This document shows, in pieces, positions 37,100 to 49,538 of a DNA stretch of 64,000 nt. The stretch covers positions 4,516,677 through 4,580,676 of the forward strand of contig MU054117.1 in the NCBI GenBank assembly GCA_013239625.1. Direction: 5' to 3'. The notes beneath the pieces were generated by a model. The model was not told the DNA's origin and did no database searches. It saw only the letters and a program-made list of their open reading frames with translations. This stretch comes from Lama guanicoe. Lineage: Eukaryota. Each line of letters starts with the position of its first letter. The first letter of the stretch is position 1. The translations under genes and the position numbers were made by a program.

Positions 37100-38880
37100 C
37101 TACTTCCCACAGGGGCAAGAAGTGAGGTTCGCACCCTCCTGGCTCCTCCTGGCTGCTTGCAGAATTTCATGCCCCCACGCCTCTGCCACCCCTGCACAAA
37201 CATCCTTGAAGAATCCGGGCGATCAGCTTTAGCCCCCGCCCCCTCTTACCTTGGTGGTCTGGCCTCCTGGCCACTCCCCCGCCTTCCCTGGAGGCTCGGC
37301 CTCTGGCTTACATCTTGCCCTCCCCTCGACTCCGCTCACTCTGCCAGGCAGCCTCAGCCTCCATGTGGGAGACCATCATCACCATGGCCTCTGATCCTGG
37401 TCCTCTTCCTCCCCGACGACCACTTCCTCCACCTCAGCCTTCCACTCCCGGGCCACACCCTGGCTCTTATCATTGACCCACATCCCCAGTCACTAGTTCC
37501 ATCATCCTGCATCTGGCACCTGTGCACAAGGACCACTTCTGAACCAAGGCTTCGGTGTCGCAGAGACCTCCACCAATCACCCCTCCTTGGGCTTTTCTTC
37601 TCTCTCCCCTCAGCAGAGAGTCACTGGATCCTCATTAAACTCACTCCCTTGAAAAGTCCTCCGTCCCTTTCCCTCTCTTCCCTCTCCCATCACACTGTCC
37701 TAACAAAACCTCAGCCCTGGGTGGACTGCTCCAGCTGCACCCATGGATCCAAGTGTGGCTGGAGAGAACACAACATCCAGGCAGCTATGGGCACTGTGGC
37801 TCCTGCTCACCACCCTCCAGGAGCCCCAAGAGCATCCCACAGTCCTGAGATGTTTTGAAAACACCCTCTCCCATTCTTGCTCCTGGAAGCTGCTCCTGGA
37901 CCCCTGCCCCACCCCTGGAAATCCACCTGACAGCTGTCTTCTCACTTCACCAGAATGCGGAACCATCAGGCAAGAGATTTCTCACCTTCCTGTGACCAAA
38001 GTCATGCACCTATACCAGACCCCATCTCATTTTCTCTCCCGATACCCCGGAGGAAAAGTCCCTCCTCCCCAGAACCGGCGTTCTGCAGGTGCCCCAGTTT
38101 CCCCCTCCTCCCTTTCTCCTCATTCATCCTCACTCTGCCATCTGCATTCTCACTCTCTCCTGGCCACATCCTTCCTGTCAGCATCAAAGCACGGTCTTGT
38201 ACCAAATACATTTTAAAAGCCAAAATATCCGCCAAAACCGCTCTTTCCCCACATCCCTCTCACTCAAGACTTTCCCATCATTCCTGCCATCCTGCAGAGC
38301 CCAGTTCAGAGCTGTCTGCTCACGCTGTCTGCACTCCCTCACCTCCGTCTTTCTTTTGCCCACCTCTGCCCCACCTCTCAGCTGGCACTGCTCTGTCATT
38401 CACCATCAGCTCCACGCTGCTCAGCCCGGTGGGTGCCGTGGACCCTTCATGGCGTGGTCCGTGGCTCCCTCTCTCTTGGGCCCTGGCGCCATGCTTCCTG
38501 CTTCTCCACCCATGCCTCTGTCTCCTCTTCATTTCCACCTCCTCCACTAAACATCAAGGTCTGGTTTCAAGCCCCCATCTTCCCTGTTACTCTCTGCCTT
38601 GCCTCATGACCTTCCACTCCGTCTACATCACGGCGACCCCTAAAGTACCTCCTGCCCAGTGGACTCACGCCTGACACCCACTTGACATCGCCATTTGTGT
38701 GCCTCCGAGGACTTTAAAAAGCAACACGACACTGCCCACTGCTCTCCATCAGCCGGTCTACCACCGGACAGGCCCCCACCTCTGGCCTGGACCACGTAAT
38801 GTCCTTGCACTTCAGACTGCTCCTTAATCTCTTCTCCAACCCAGCCAGAATGATTTTGTGTCTTTTGAAATCTGTCTCAA
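37100..38880 (+). mobile_element. Long degraded L2 LINE fragment
   Basis: C-rich L2 composition; endonuclease-like remnant GHTLALII; KPQPW motif; cagccagaatgatttt near end. Confidence 0.65.
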
Positions 38881-38919
38881 ACTCATGTATTACTATTTCC
38901 AAAACATGAACTGAAAAGC

Positions 38920-39450
38920 AAAGGAGAACAGTTGAAAGCAAGGTCTTGAAGAGATATTTGTACACCCACGTTCACAGCAGCGTTATTCACAACAGCAAAG
39001 AGATGGAAGCAACCCAAGTGTCCACAGACAGATGACTATGGGAGAAACTGAAGTGGTCTCCATACACAGTGGGGTGTTATTCAGCCTTAAAAACGGAAGG
39101 AAATTCTGATTCATGCTACACCATACATGAACCCTGAGGATGTTACGTTAAGTTAAATCAGCCAGTCACACACATATAAAGTCACACAGTTATGACTCCA
39201 CTTCCGTGAGGTCCCTAGAGTTGTCGAATCCATGGAGACACACGAGGTGGGACGGTGGTTGCAGGGGGCTGCAGTGGGGGGAGAGGTTGTTTATTGATAG
39301 GTGTACAGCTTTAGTTTTACAAACTGAAAAGAGTTCTGGGAACTGATTGTGCATCGATGTGAATGTACTTAACACTGTTGAAGTGTAAACCTTAAAAAAT
39401 GGTTAAGTTGGTAAGTTTGGTGTTAAGTGGGTTTTTTAGAATCAAAAATA
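38920..39450 (+). mobile_element. L1MB-like 3' end
   Basis: gaagagatatttgtacacccacgttcacagcagcgttattcaca...gaatgtacttaacactg...cttaaaaaatggttaag. Confidence 0.85.
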
Positions 39451-39586
39451 GGGAGGAGGGTATGGCTAAAATGGTAGAGCACATGCTTAGCATGCACGAG
39501 GTCCTGGGTTCAATCCCCAGTACCTCCATTAAAAAAAAAAAAATTGAATAAACCTAAGTACCTCCCCTGCGGAAAAAAAAAAAAAG
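39451..39586 (+). mobile_element. Vic-1-type tRNA-derived SINE
   Basis: ggtagagcacatgcttagcatgcacgaggtcctgggttcaatccccagtacctcc + A tails. Confidence 0.88.
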
Positions 39587-39645
39587 AATGCCTGGGGAAA
39601 ACCTAAATGAACCCACCGGGTCCAAGGCTGGCGTCCCTGGCTCCA

Positions 39646-39664
39646 CAGCGCCCTCTGGCGGTGA
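39646..39664 (-). promoter_or_regulatory. CTCF-like motif
   Basis: Reverse strand TCACCGCCAGAGGGCGCTG in a small CpG-rich patch. Confidence 0.6.
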
Positions 39665-41097
39665 GATATCACCGTCTCCTGGGATTCCCAGCCCCGGGGG
39701 AGAAATGCGGGAGGCCGTCCCCCGGAGTCTCCCCTCAGCACTTCCGGTGGCTTCTGTTCACCCGTCTCCTGCTTTTCAGTCATCTTCCCCGCAGTCCAAG
39801 CTTAGGAATTTAAGGTCTCTTGGAGCACTGAAATGTTTCCAAGGAAAGCTGATCACGGGGCCCTCAGGCCGACTGGTAGTTCCAGGGGAGGAAATGATGA
39901 GCAATTTCGTCTCCCGCTTTTCACAAATCTGAAATGTGGCATTGATTAAGGCTGTCACGGCGCCTCGTTATGTTAATAATCATCACAGTCCTAGAGATTC
40001 CAGATTCTTAAAGATCTTTTAAAATGGGCTTTATATGTGCATACTGTTATGCTATGTTAAACCCCACGTTAGAAAAATTCATTAATGGCTCAAAGTGCTG
40101 CCTTGGCTTGTAAAAGCAGCCAAGGTCGTAACAGGGACAGGACAACTCAGAATAGTGTCATTATAAACAGTGAACAAGGTTCCAGTGGGGATGTAATATG
40201 TCTAAAGGTGCCGGGACGAAGGAAAATGTAAGAGTGATTATTTTTGCATATTAAGAAAAAAAGAAACCACAAAAAGGAACTACCACAAACATTTCCTAGA
40301 AACTGGCCCCCAATGCATGGTTGGCTCTAAAACGTCAAATCAAGGCTCAAAGTCATCAACACTTGTCTATCCGTCACAGTCAGAGCTTACTGATGGGTTT
40401 TTTTTTTCTCAGAATAAGCGCACTATAGCACTCCCTAGAAAAAAATAATTTTGTGATAGAGACAGAGAATACAGCACATCACCCCAAGTTGCCCTCAGTC
40501 CTCAGAGCAAACACGTGTACAAGACACACAACAGAAAAGGCAGGCAAACCAGTTGCGAGATTAGCGCCATAAATACTTAGAGAGAAAGCAGCCTTGCTGA
40601 ATGCTGCTGGATGCTGGAGAACAGCCAGGTGCACGCCCATCACCGTCAGGCAGGCCTGCGAGTGTGCAGTCCGCTTCCTGGCCGTCGGAAACCCTGATAC
40701 TCAGGTTGTGAAATAGCTTTTAGGAGGGGAAAAACACACATGACGGCAAAGTAGTCAATGACGTTTTGTTCTGCTTATCTCTAAAATCCTCTACTGCAGG
40801 AGGAAGATACTTTGTCTTACTAGAGATCATTTGGTAAATGAAAAAGCCACACTGGAATCAGGACAGCCAAGGCACTGGCTTTGGGAGCAAGAAGGCAGGG
40901 GGCGGAATTCTAATAAAGGAGGTTGTCTCTGTGTCTCTGTGCTGCAGGTTTTCCCTCTGAAAATCAGAAACGATGATGACAGCGTTAATAGTAATGCCTG
41001 TTTCATACAGTTGTGGTCAAGATTAGTGAAGCCCTGCATAGAAAATTCTAGGGCGATGCCTGGCACAGAGACAGTACTTGATGAAGGTTAGTTATCC

Positions 41098-41445
41098 CAA
41101 ATGAACTTACTGACAAAACGGACTCACAGACAGAGAGAACAAACTTACGGTTACCAGGGAGGGAAGGGGGTAGGGAGGGATAAATTGAGAGTTTGAAATT
41201 TGCAGATACTACTATATATAAAATAGATAAACAAGTTTCTACTGTGTAGCACTATACAGGGAACTGTATTCACTATCTTGTAGTAACCTATAATGAAAAA
41301 GAATCTGAAAAGGAATACATGTGTGTGTTTGTATGACCGAAACATCATGCTGTACACCAGAAATTGACACAACATTGTAAACTGATTATGCTTCAATAAA
41401 AAAAAATGAAGAGAAAAAAAGTATAGAAAGAAAAAAATAAAAGAA
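41098..41445 (+). mobile_element. Young L1 3' tail
   Basis: aaatgaacttac...gataaacaagttt...gacacaacattgtaaactgattatgcttcaataaa + A-rich tail. Confidence 0.85.
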
Positions 41446-41744
41446 ACTAAAGGTTCGTTATTACTGTTACCATCACATGAATGCCAGTTCATACACTTTA
41501 ATTCACAGGGATCCACTGACAGTCAGTCCTCATTATGCCTCCTGAACCCAATTCAGTGTTAAAGGAAATAGAAAACATTTTCACCATGAGTCAAAGTGCA
41601 GTCACCAAGGATACATTCTTTTCAACCCGATCATGCAGAAATAGGTGACAATACAAGCAACTGCTTCCTCCTTTCAACCCCTGGGAAGCACGCTCATGCT
41701 GGAGGGCAAGGGTGTTCCCATGAATTGGGTTTTGTTTTAGCATT

Positions 41745-42470
41745 TTTAAACTGAGATATAATTTACGTAACATCAAACGTACCATTTTAATTTGGGGGGA
41801 GGGAAGGTAATTAAGTTTATTAATTTATTTTTAATTTTTTTTAGGATTGAACCCAGGACCTTGTGCATGCTAAGCACACGCTCTACCACTGAGCTACACC
41901 CTCCTCACAAATGCACCATTTTAAAGTGTACACTTTAGTGGTATTTTGTATATTCATTATGTTGTGCAACTGTCAACCACTATCTAATTCCAGAACATTC
42001 CTATCACCCCCAGAAGAAATGCCACACCTAGTAGCCGTTAGTACAAATCCCCTTCCTCCCCGAGCCCCAACTGGTATCCACTTTCTGTCTGTCTGGATTT
42101 GCCTATCCTGGACGTTTCATATAAATGACATCGTATAGTGTGTGGTCTTCCGTGTCTGGCTTCTTTCATTCACCACCATTTTCCAAGGTTCAACCGTTTT
42201 GTAGCTCAAAACAGCACTTTACACCTCTTTATGGTGGAATCACATTCCACCGTACAGAGAGACCACATTTTGTTTATCTGTTCGTCAGTGGATAGACATT
42301 GGGCTGTTTGTACTTTTTGGCTGTTTCGATGATGCTGTTCGGAACCTTCATGCACGAGCTTCTGTGTGAACACGTTTTCAGTTCTCTCAGGTGTATACCT
42401 AGGAGTGAAGCTGCTGAGTCATGTGGAAATTCTGTACATTTAAACCTTGAGAACCTGCCAGAATGCCTTC
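41745..42470 (-). mobile_element. L1MB-like 3' end, reverse orientation
   Basis: tatattcattatgttgtgcaac...ggatttgcctatcctggacgtttcatataaatg...atacctaggagtg. Confidence 0.8.
41791..41907 (-). mobile_element. Vic-1-type SINE inserted in L1, with 17-bp TSD
   Basis: Reverse tRNA-like head; TSD caaacgtaccattttaa (41774-41790) / caaatgcaccattttaa (41908-41924). Confidence 0.88.
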
Positions 42471-43130
42471 AGCAAATAAGAGAGTTTTACTGCTTCCTCT
42501 TCATTAGCGAGTTTTTTGAAACGTGAGACGACACTTGTGACTGAGAATGCCAAGAAAGAGCATTTCTCCAATGGCAAACGGTTTGCTCAGGTAACACACC
42601 TTAGTGACATGTCAGGACCTGTCACCCAGGACCAAAATGTCACAGTTGTAATGTTGGGTATAAAACACCAGGATTTCTTAAAGCTGGAACTCTGGCACAG
42701 TTGCATCATCAAAGTTTTATTATTTCCAGACACTATTTCTTGGAAAAAAGAAATTTTAAAGAACATATAATTGGGCGTATTTTCAAAGCAGTTTGATAAA
42801 ACAGCAAACTTTGTTATGTGTATTTCACACGCACTTGCACACACACATCTTGTAATTGTACATCAGAACAAGAAGTACTTTCCAAAGCTGAACCAGGCCA
42901 AGGATTGGATGAGAAATCCGATTGTCTCCACCTCCCAGGTGAAAACAGCCCTCGTTCCAACCTGCAGACTTCAATCCTGTCCTTTCAGCAAACCGTCTTC
43001 ACCCGAGCATGCTCCGCGCACGTCTGAGTGTTAAGTTTCATCAGCTCATCCAGGATTGTCTCATGAAGCACTTGATGTCATCCCTTAAGCTGTCCTAATT
43101 TAGTGGACTCGTTAGGGAAAGAAAAACCTG

Positions 43131-43463
43131 GTGGGAGGTGCCAAGATGGCAAAGAAGACACAGTTCGCTCGCTCCCCCAAATACACCAAGAATTACATTT
43201 ACAAACCACTGAACCACACAGAACACCTACTGAAATCTGGCAGAGTGTCCTTGCTTCAAAACACCACAGGATTCTCACAAAATCCGATAAACAAGTTCAT
43301 GCTGTGCAGCACAGGGAACTATACTCTGTATCTTGTAGTAACTTATGATGAAAAAGAATATGAAAATTAATATATATGTGTTATGCATGACCAAAGCATT
43401 ATGCTGTGCACCAGACATTGACACATTGTAAAATGACTCTACTTTAATAAAAATATATACAAA
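43131..43463 (+). mobile_element. Mini-L1: 5'UTR start fused to 3' tail
   Basis: caagatggc...acagaacacctactgaa (L1 5' end) joined at 43286/43287 to ataaacaagttc...aataaaa tail homologous to 41227-41400. Confidence 0.7.
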
Positions 43464-45411
43464 AAGCAAAAAACTGTAAAAACAAGAACCTAACTGGATA
43501 TGGAACCTGAGCTATGACTCAAACAATCTAACATCAAGCTGAATATAAATATTTTACTAAAGATTACACACATATCTTTCTCATCAATTTGTTCCTTTTA
43601 AAATGTTTTATTACATTATTTTAAAATTTGTGATCATTTAAAAAATTTATCGAGCGTTTTGGTACTTTGTGTATTCGGGACACACACTAAAATGGTCTGG
43701 AGATGCCAAAGTTTGAAAAAAACTGGTTTAATGGAAAAAGCAGTGGCCTGTGAGCCAGGAAGCCTAGAGTGTAGTCTTGGTTTTGACCTTGGCTGTGTTA
43801 GTCAAATTATAAAAGCCTTGGTCTCCCCATTCTAGCAGAGACTGGCATTTCCCATTCCAGCTTCCTCACAGGACTTCTCTGAAAAGCAAATGAGAAAATG
43901 GATGCGCAGGTGCTTTGCATCCTGCAAGACTTTGTGCAAATGTGTGAGACGAGGGACAATCTTTTAAAAAGCCATCTGCCCCTTTGGCTTCCTTTGATTC
44001 CTTTGTGTACCAGTTGTCATCAGCCTGTGCCCCTCACTCCCTGACTTTGGGTTTATAATCTGGCTCATCACCCCCACCACTATTTGGGGACCAAACCCTG
44101 TTTGTCCTGGTGAAGAAAGTGGCTGGGTCTCCTGGATCTTGCTCTGAATCCTCTGTGCCCCAAGACTCTCTCTCTCTCGCTCCGTCTCCTGGGCTTTCCC
44201 CATAATTATTTGGAGAGAAGGGGCTTCTGAACAGCTCGGGGTGGCCCTGTTCTCTCTCACACACTGTGTATCTCCCCCACTCAGGCCGACTGCAGAGATG
44301 GGTCCCTCAGCCCCACTCAGCTCCCTGCCCTGGCCTCTCCGCATCCCCTCCCAAGGAAACCCACCCCCGAGACTGCCCTGGCAAAGGCCTCTGCTGTAGC
44401 CTGGGAAACTCTGCTGAGTTCTGAACCAGAAAAGGAAGAGGCCAGCCCCGCCCTGCGGACCCCACCCTGCAGGAATGGATTTATGCTTCATTGTTGGTGG
44501 CAACCATAGAAACCACAGGTGCGTGTGAGTCAGAAGGTGGTAAACAAGAACCATCACTAACAGAGGTTGCCTGGGACAACCCTGGGAGGGCAGAGCCCTG
44601 GATTTCTTGGTTGGCTTCTGAGAACCTCCAAGAACAGCAGACAATGACACCGGGCAAAGCCAACGAGCACAGATGTGTCACCGGCCGATCTTCTGGAGGC
44701 CTTCTCCCGACCCACAAGACCGCCTTGAACCTGAGCTTCCCATTCCTCAGACTCACCACGCTGTCCCTCACTCCTGACTTCCCTACCTGAGCTTCCTCCT
44801 CTGTCATTCTCTTCCCTCTGCTTTTTCCTCAGAAAACACCGATGCAGCCTTTAGATCATAGGCCGTTTAAATGCCGGGGCCTTCTCTGACCCCTGGAAGT
44901 GTCAGAAACCCCATAAAGGGTGGAACCTTATTTCTCTCTCCCATCAGTAAAGTCAGGGCGCTCTCCACGGGGTCCTCAGAGCCCAGGTTTCTTCCAGCTC
45001 TGCCAGCCTGAGGGTCCCGGAGGGCAGCACCCGCACTGCAGACAGCAGGAGGGAGACGGGAGCAAGAAAAATAGGGGCCAGGGGCTCGTGCTGGCTGCTG
45101 TGGAACGGAGGTCATTAACTCTGCAAGGAGTACTCGGCACGCAGGTGGGAAGCGATCAGTCGCCACCAACTCACATTCTCTACCACCTCCTTCCTCAGAT
45201 ATTCCTGCCTGCGCTCAAGGCATCCGCTGCTTCTCTCGTCTCACCTGCCCGTGGACCGTGCTGCCACCTCTAAAGGAAAGGGAGGCCTCACAGCAACCGT
45301 GTGCAGGGATGCTGGGGCCGCCCCCACCCCCCGCTAAGGGCAGGCTGCGCTGTCCACCCCCAACGCCAGCTGCTCTAAATTATCACCTCGGCCGGCGATC
45401 TAAGTATCAGT

Positions 45412-45477
45412 GACCTTTGCTGCACACCAGAAGCTACACAATATTGTAAATCAACTATACTTCAATAAAAAAAAAAT
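45412..45477 (+). mobile_element. Very short L1 3' tail with TSD
   Basis: tttgctgcacaccagaagctacacaatattgtaaatcaactatacttcaataaa+polyA; flanks tatcagtga / tgtcagtga. Confidence 0.7.
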
Positions 45478-47089
45478 GTCAGTGATAACATATTCCTCCT
45501 GGAAAAAAAACACTTCGTTGGTCTAAGTTTTAAAGCCAAACAAACATCGTGGTTTCTCCTGGCTTTCAATAATAGATATGCAAACTTCAAATTAGCATAT
45601 TTTTATAACTTATCCTTTAAAAAACATTATATTCCACAGAGACTTTAACTGGGGAAACTCCAGTTATTCAGTGGGTCCCTGGCACCTGCTGCCTCCAGAG
45701 TGAGATTGTAAGGGCTTCCTCCTTTGGAATCATCCGAGCTCCCCTTGCTCTGGGTGGGCACCTGCATCCCGTGGAACAGATGTCTGCGTTCAAACAGTGG
45801 ATGCAAAGGAAACCGTGACCACACCTTACCTGTAAAGACAAATGAAACAGAGTTACTTCCCTCTGTCAACCTGGACTTTTCATTTGTGTTTTGAAAGTTC
45901 AAACTGTGGAAAGGAGGACAAATTACAGGTTTGACTCATTTTGTTTAGGACAAGCATGAAATGTCATCATTTCTCTTCCTGATTATTGCTGAAAATAATT
46001 TTGTCTCATGGAGAGGGGAGGGGTTAAAAAACAATCCACACTGCGTCACACACTTCCCGGTGCGCCTCACCCCTCCTGGATTTTATTAAGATATACTGCT
46101 TGGTGTGTAAAAACTTTGTGGCCCCAAACAAAGAGACACCAAAATCTCAGCTTGGGTGAATCCTCTTTTAATCAAATCACCACAAGCCTGTGGTCGATTT
46201 TTGTGTCTTCTTTGTCATGTACATATTTTTGTTATGGGCACAATGTGAAATTAAACAGAAGACGCTTTGGCCTGTGTTGGGCTGTTTGGGATTCAGACGT
46301 AGCACGGGGGGGCAGCCGAGTGATGACGGTGTTAATTTCCATAGGCCCCAAACTGTCCAAGGATGCCTAGTTCCTGAGGGCAAACCCCTTGAGCATAAAG
46401 CAATGAAAGACTGAAGGTGATGGGACTTTGTACCACGCAGGTGACAAACTCAGGGCGGAGTGTCATGCCTTATCCATCTATCTTAAAAATATTCATGATT
46501 CTTAAAAAGTATCCCAGCAATCGAGGCAGCTCTGCTCCAAGGCACGCCCATGCCCTGGCTCAGTTCTCTGTAGAGCTTGGGAAACCCTCAGCCGTCCTGT
46601 CTGGGTCTGCCCTTCTTTGCGTATTTCGTGACTTCCAGGAGGAAGAAGTGAAAAGTTTCACATTTACTTTCAACCGATAAACATGGCATCTTTGAATAAA
46701 AGGAACTTATATCAGAGATACTTCAGTGTTTTATATTTTTGTAAACATTTAATGACTTGTAGAAAAAAATGTTTTCATTAACTTTTGTTCTCAAATGATT
46801 GGATAATAGAGTCTTTTTTTTTTTTTAATTTGGGTACAGGTCTCCTGCCTTCTGCCACTCATCAATCATTTCTCAGCTCATTTGTTTATTCCTACCATGT
46901 TCTTACTAGATTAACTTTAACAACGTTGTGATGTGATTCTCTGGTAAACGATGGATTTAACCACCATCATTAGTGCGGCTTCTGTAAGCCTGCAACTTCC
47001 TAGTATCATAATCTCTTCTCTTCTTGTGGTTAATTTGCTCAGAAGTCTAATTATTCTAACAATAAATAATTATACGTCCACTGGTGCAT

Positions 47090-47295
47090 TTCATTTATGT
47101 CATAAACGAAACTGTGCTTACAACGTGTCAGGCATTCTCCGTGCTTTACAACATTAACTCATTTGGTCCTCATACAACTATATGAGACAGGTACTATTAC
47201 TAGGAAGATTCTGAGACACAGAGAGGTTAAATAACTTGCCCAAGGCCACACAGCTAATGTGTCAGAACCAGGATTCAAATCAAGGCTGCCTGATG
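47090..47295 (-). mobile_element. MIR SINE
   Basis: ctgagacacagagaggttaaataacttgcccaaggccacacagcta. Confidence 0.8.
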
Positions 47296-47869
47296 CTACT
47301 CTGGGACTAAACAGCTGTGCTGTGGCTGCCGCTCTGAAAACAATTTGGGGAAGTTGGGGAATCTCTGTCCGCCTCCCTGAGGAAGTACAATCCCAGTAAA
47401 ATATTTCTTTTTAGGTTTAATATGAATTCAAAATATATTTGTTTTGATCCATTATATACTAGTAAGAATTCTAATCATATTTGGAGTGTAGGAGACAGCA
47501 AGTAGGGCAGAAGGTTAAGAATTAATGAATCCAGAAACGGGCCTACAAGAAGTCATCATATCATTTTGCAAGCTTTTTTTTTTAACAAACTTGGATTTTT
47601 GCAAAATAAAGACTGGAAAGTGAATAGCTTTAGTTTTAAATGTTAATATTGACAATACACTAAAAATTACATTTAAAACTCTAAAGAAAAAAAAATAGAT
47701 CTAAAAAGTATGCAAGGATGAATACCGTTTTCCAAAATTCTTTTGGCAGCATAGCAGGCACGAAGTTTGAGGACAACGGTCTGAGGGAACATTTTAGGAA
47801 GCTGTCTTGTGACTCTTTCACCCCACTGGCCAGAACTTGCCACATGGTCCCTTGCAGCCCCTCTCACAA

Positions 47870-48210
47870 GCGAGTCCCAGGAAATCAGACGTTAAGATGG
47901 CGGTATGAATGGAAGAGGGTTTTGGGAAGCACTCTTGGATTCAACCCCCCGTGGAAGAGAAACGGAGCAGAACTGGGCAGAGAGGAGAGGGGAGATGGTA
48001 GAGTCTCACCAAAGGCCTCAGCCAATCCCACAGGCAGCCTCGGAGCCAGGATGGCCTTGCAGGGCTGTCCCACACTGGGACAAGGAGGCCAGACCTCTTT
48101 GCACACACCAGCCAGCCACTGCCTGCAGGCCGCCCCAGGGAAGGGGCAGAACCTCGGGTGAGGCAGCATCTCGCTGGAGGGGAGACTCCGTTGCAAGCTC
48201 TCAACAATGT
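47870..48210 (-). mobile_element. LTR16-like ERVL LTR
   Basis: aaggcctcagccaatcccacaggcagcctcggagccaggatggccttgcag. Confidence 0.55.
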
Positions 48211-48798
48211 CCACTACACCCCCATTTTACAGACAAGGAAGTAGAGGCACAGGGAGATTAAAAAAGCTTGCCCAAGGTCACAGAGCTGATCACTGGTCGT
48301 ATCAATTATCTATTGCCATGTTAGTGTTGCATCTTCCCAGAAAAATCATCCACAAAATGTCTACTCACCGGCTTACAATAATTACAATAATTACTGCAGG
48401 TCGGCTGGGTGGTTCTGCTGACTTGGGCCGGCTCATCTCGGCTGGGCTCAGTCATGTGTTTGTGGCCACGGGTCAGCTTTCCTTGCCTGGCCTAGGATGG
48501 CCTCACGTCCTCCACAGGCTATCCTGAGTCTGTCCTCAGGATGGTAGGAAGGTTCCAGAAGAGAATGAAAATGCACAAAGCCTTTGAGAACTAAGATGGT
48601 CACTGCTTCCACACTGTTGGCCAAAGCAAATCACCAGCTCACGCCCAGTGTCCGAAAGGGAAGATGCTCCCACATGGCGCAGATACATCGAGGCACGGAA
48701 CCCGGGGATCAAGCACAATGATGGATGCAAGCCTCACTCTTAACCATTATTCCACAGCCTCCGCCCTGTCCAATCTTTAGTTAGTATCCATTTCAAGT

Positions 48799-49538
48799 TG
48801 TTGCTGAAACACGGCCTCCATACCTGGTTACCTGAATTGAGACTCAAGGGTAGAATTTTGGATGAAGTAGAAAAGACAGCTTTATTTCTTTGCCAGGCAA
48901 AGGAGGTCACAGTGGACTAATGCCTCTATGACTGTGAGCCTTCTGGGGAGAGAAGGCAGGGGGTTTTACAGTAAAATTTCAAGAGTTCAAGGCGAGGAGC
49001 TAGTTTCCATAGAGATCGCATGCAGGGCAACAATTGTTGCAAAGTTGTTCTTGTTTTTGCAAATACAGTGTCCCCTTCCCTCTGCTGAGTATGAAGTTCA
49101 CTTCTGGCTTTGGGACTCTTCTAATATTCTTGTACCTAGAACAAAGGGTGCATTGGAAGGGGCTCCGTGGAAAAGAGCTCTAGAGAAAAACCTGTGCAGC
49201 TTAAATTCAGATTGATAAATGCTTTTAGCCTTTTAAGCAGTCTTCAGCCTGCAGCTTGAACAACAAGCTGATACAAGGAAACCACAAGGGGGCAAAAACA
49301 ACTGCAGACATGCGCAGTTGTGGGGGGTGGTTATGAACAACAAGATGCACAAAACACCCAACTGCCATTTCTGAGATGTTGGGATCAAGAGGAGGGCACT
49401 GGGGACAAGAGCAGGGCACCGAGCATGGTCCCCGCACACAGCACCACGAGGGCGTTGGGCGGACCACCCAAGCCTCCCTCCTCTCCAGCCTAACCCTGGT
49501 CAGCAGGAGCATGAGAAAAACCCTTTAAACCGTTACAG
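48799..49538. mobile_element. ERV1-type LTR sequence, possibly composite
   Basis: gaagtagaaaagacagctttatttctttgccaggcaaagg block; gcacacagcaccac...ggaccacccaagcc block; ends gttaca. Confidence 0.55.

Noticed and set aside
37079..38674. 259-aa and 239-aa ORFs
   Set aside because: Low-complexity S/P/L products from C-rich degraded L2; no credible protein or exon structure.
43005..43025. p53/p63 site GAGCATGCTC-C-GCGCACGTCT
   Set aside because: One perfect half-site only; the second has core mismatches, too weak to call from sequence alone.
43964..44650. 228-aa minus-strand ORF (likewise 20403-21023 and 53910-54602)
   Set aside because: No recognisable domain or splice architecture; expected by chance in GC-rich sequence.
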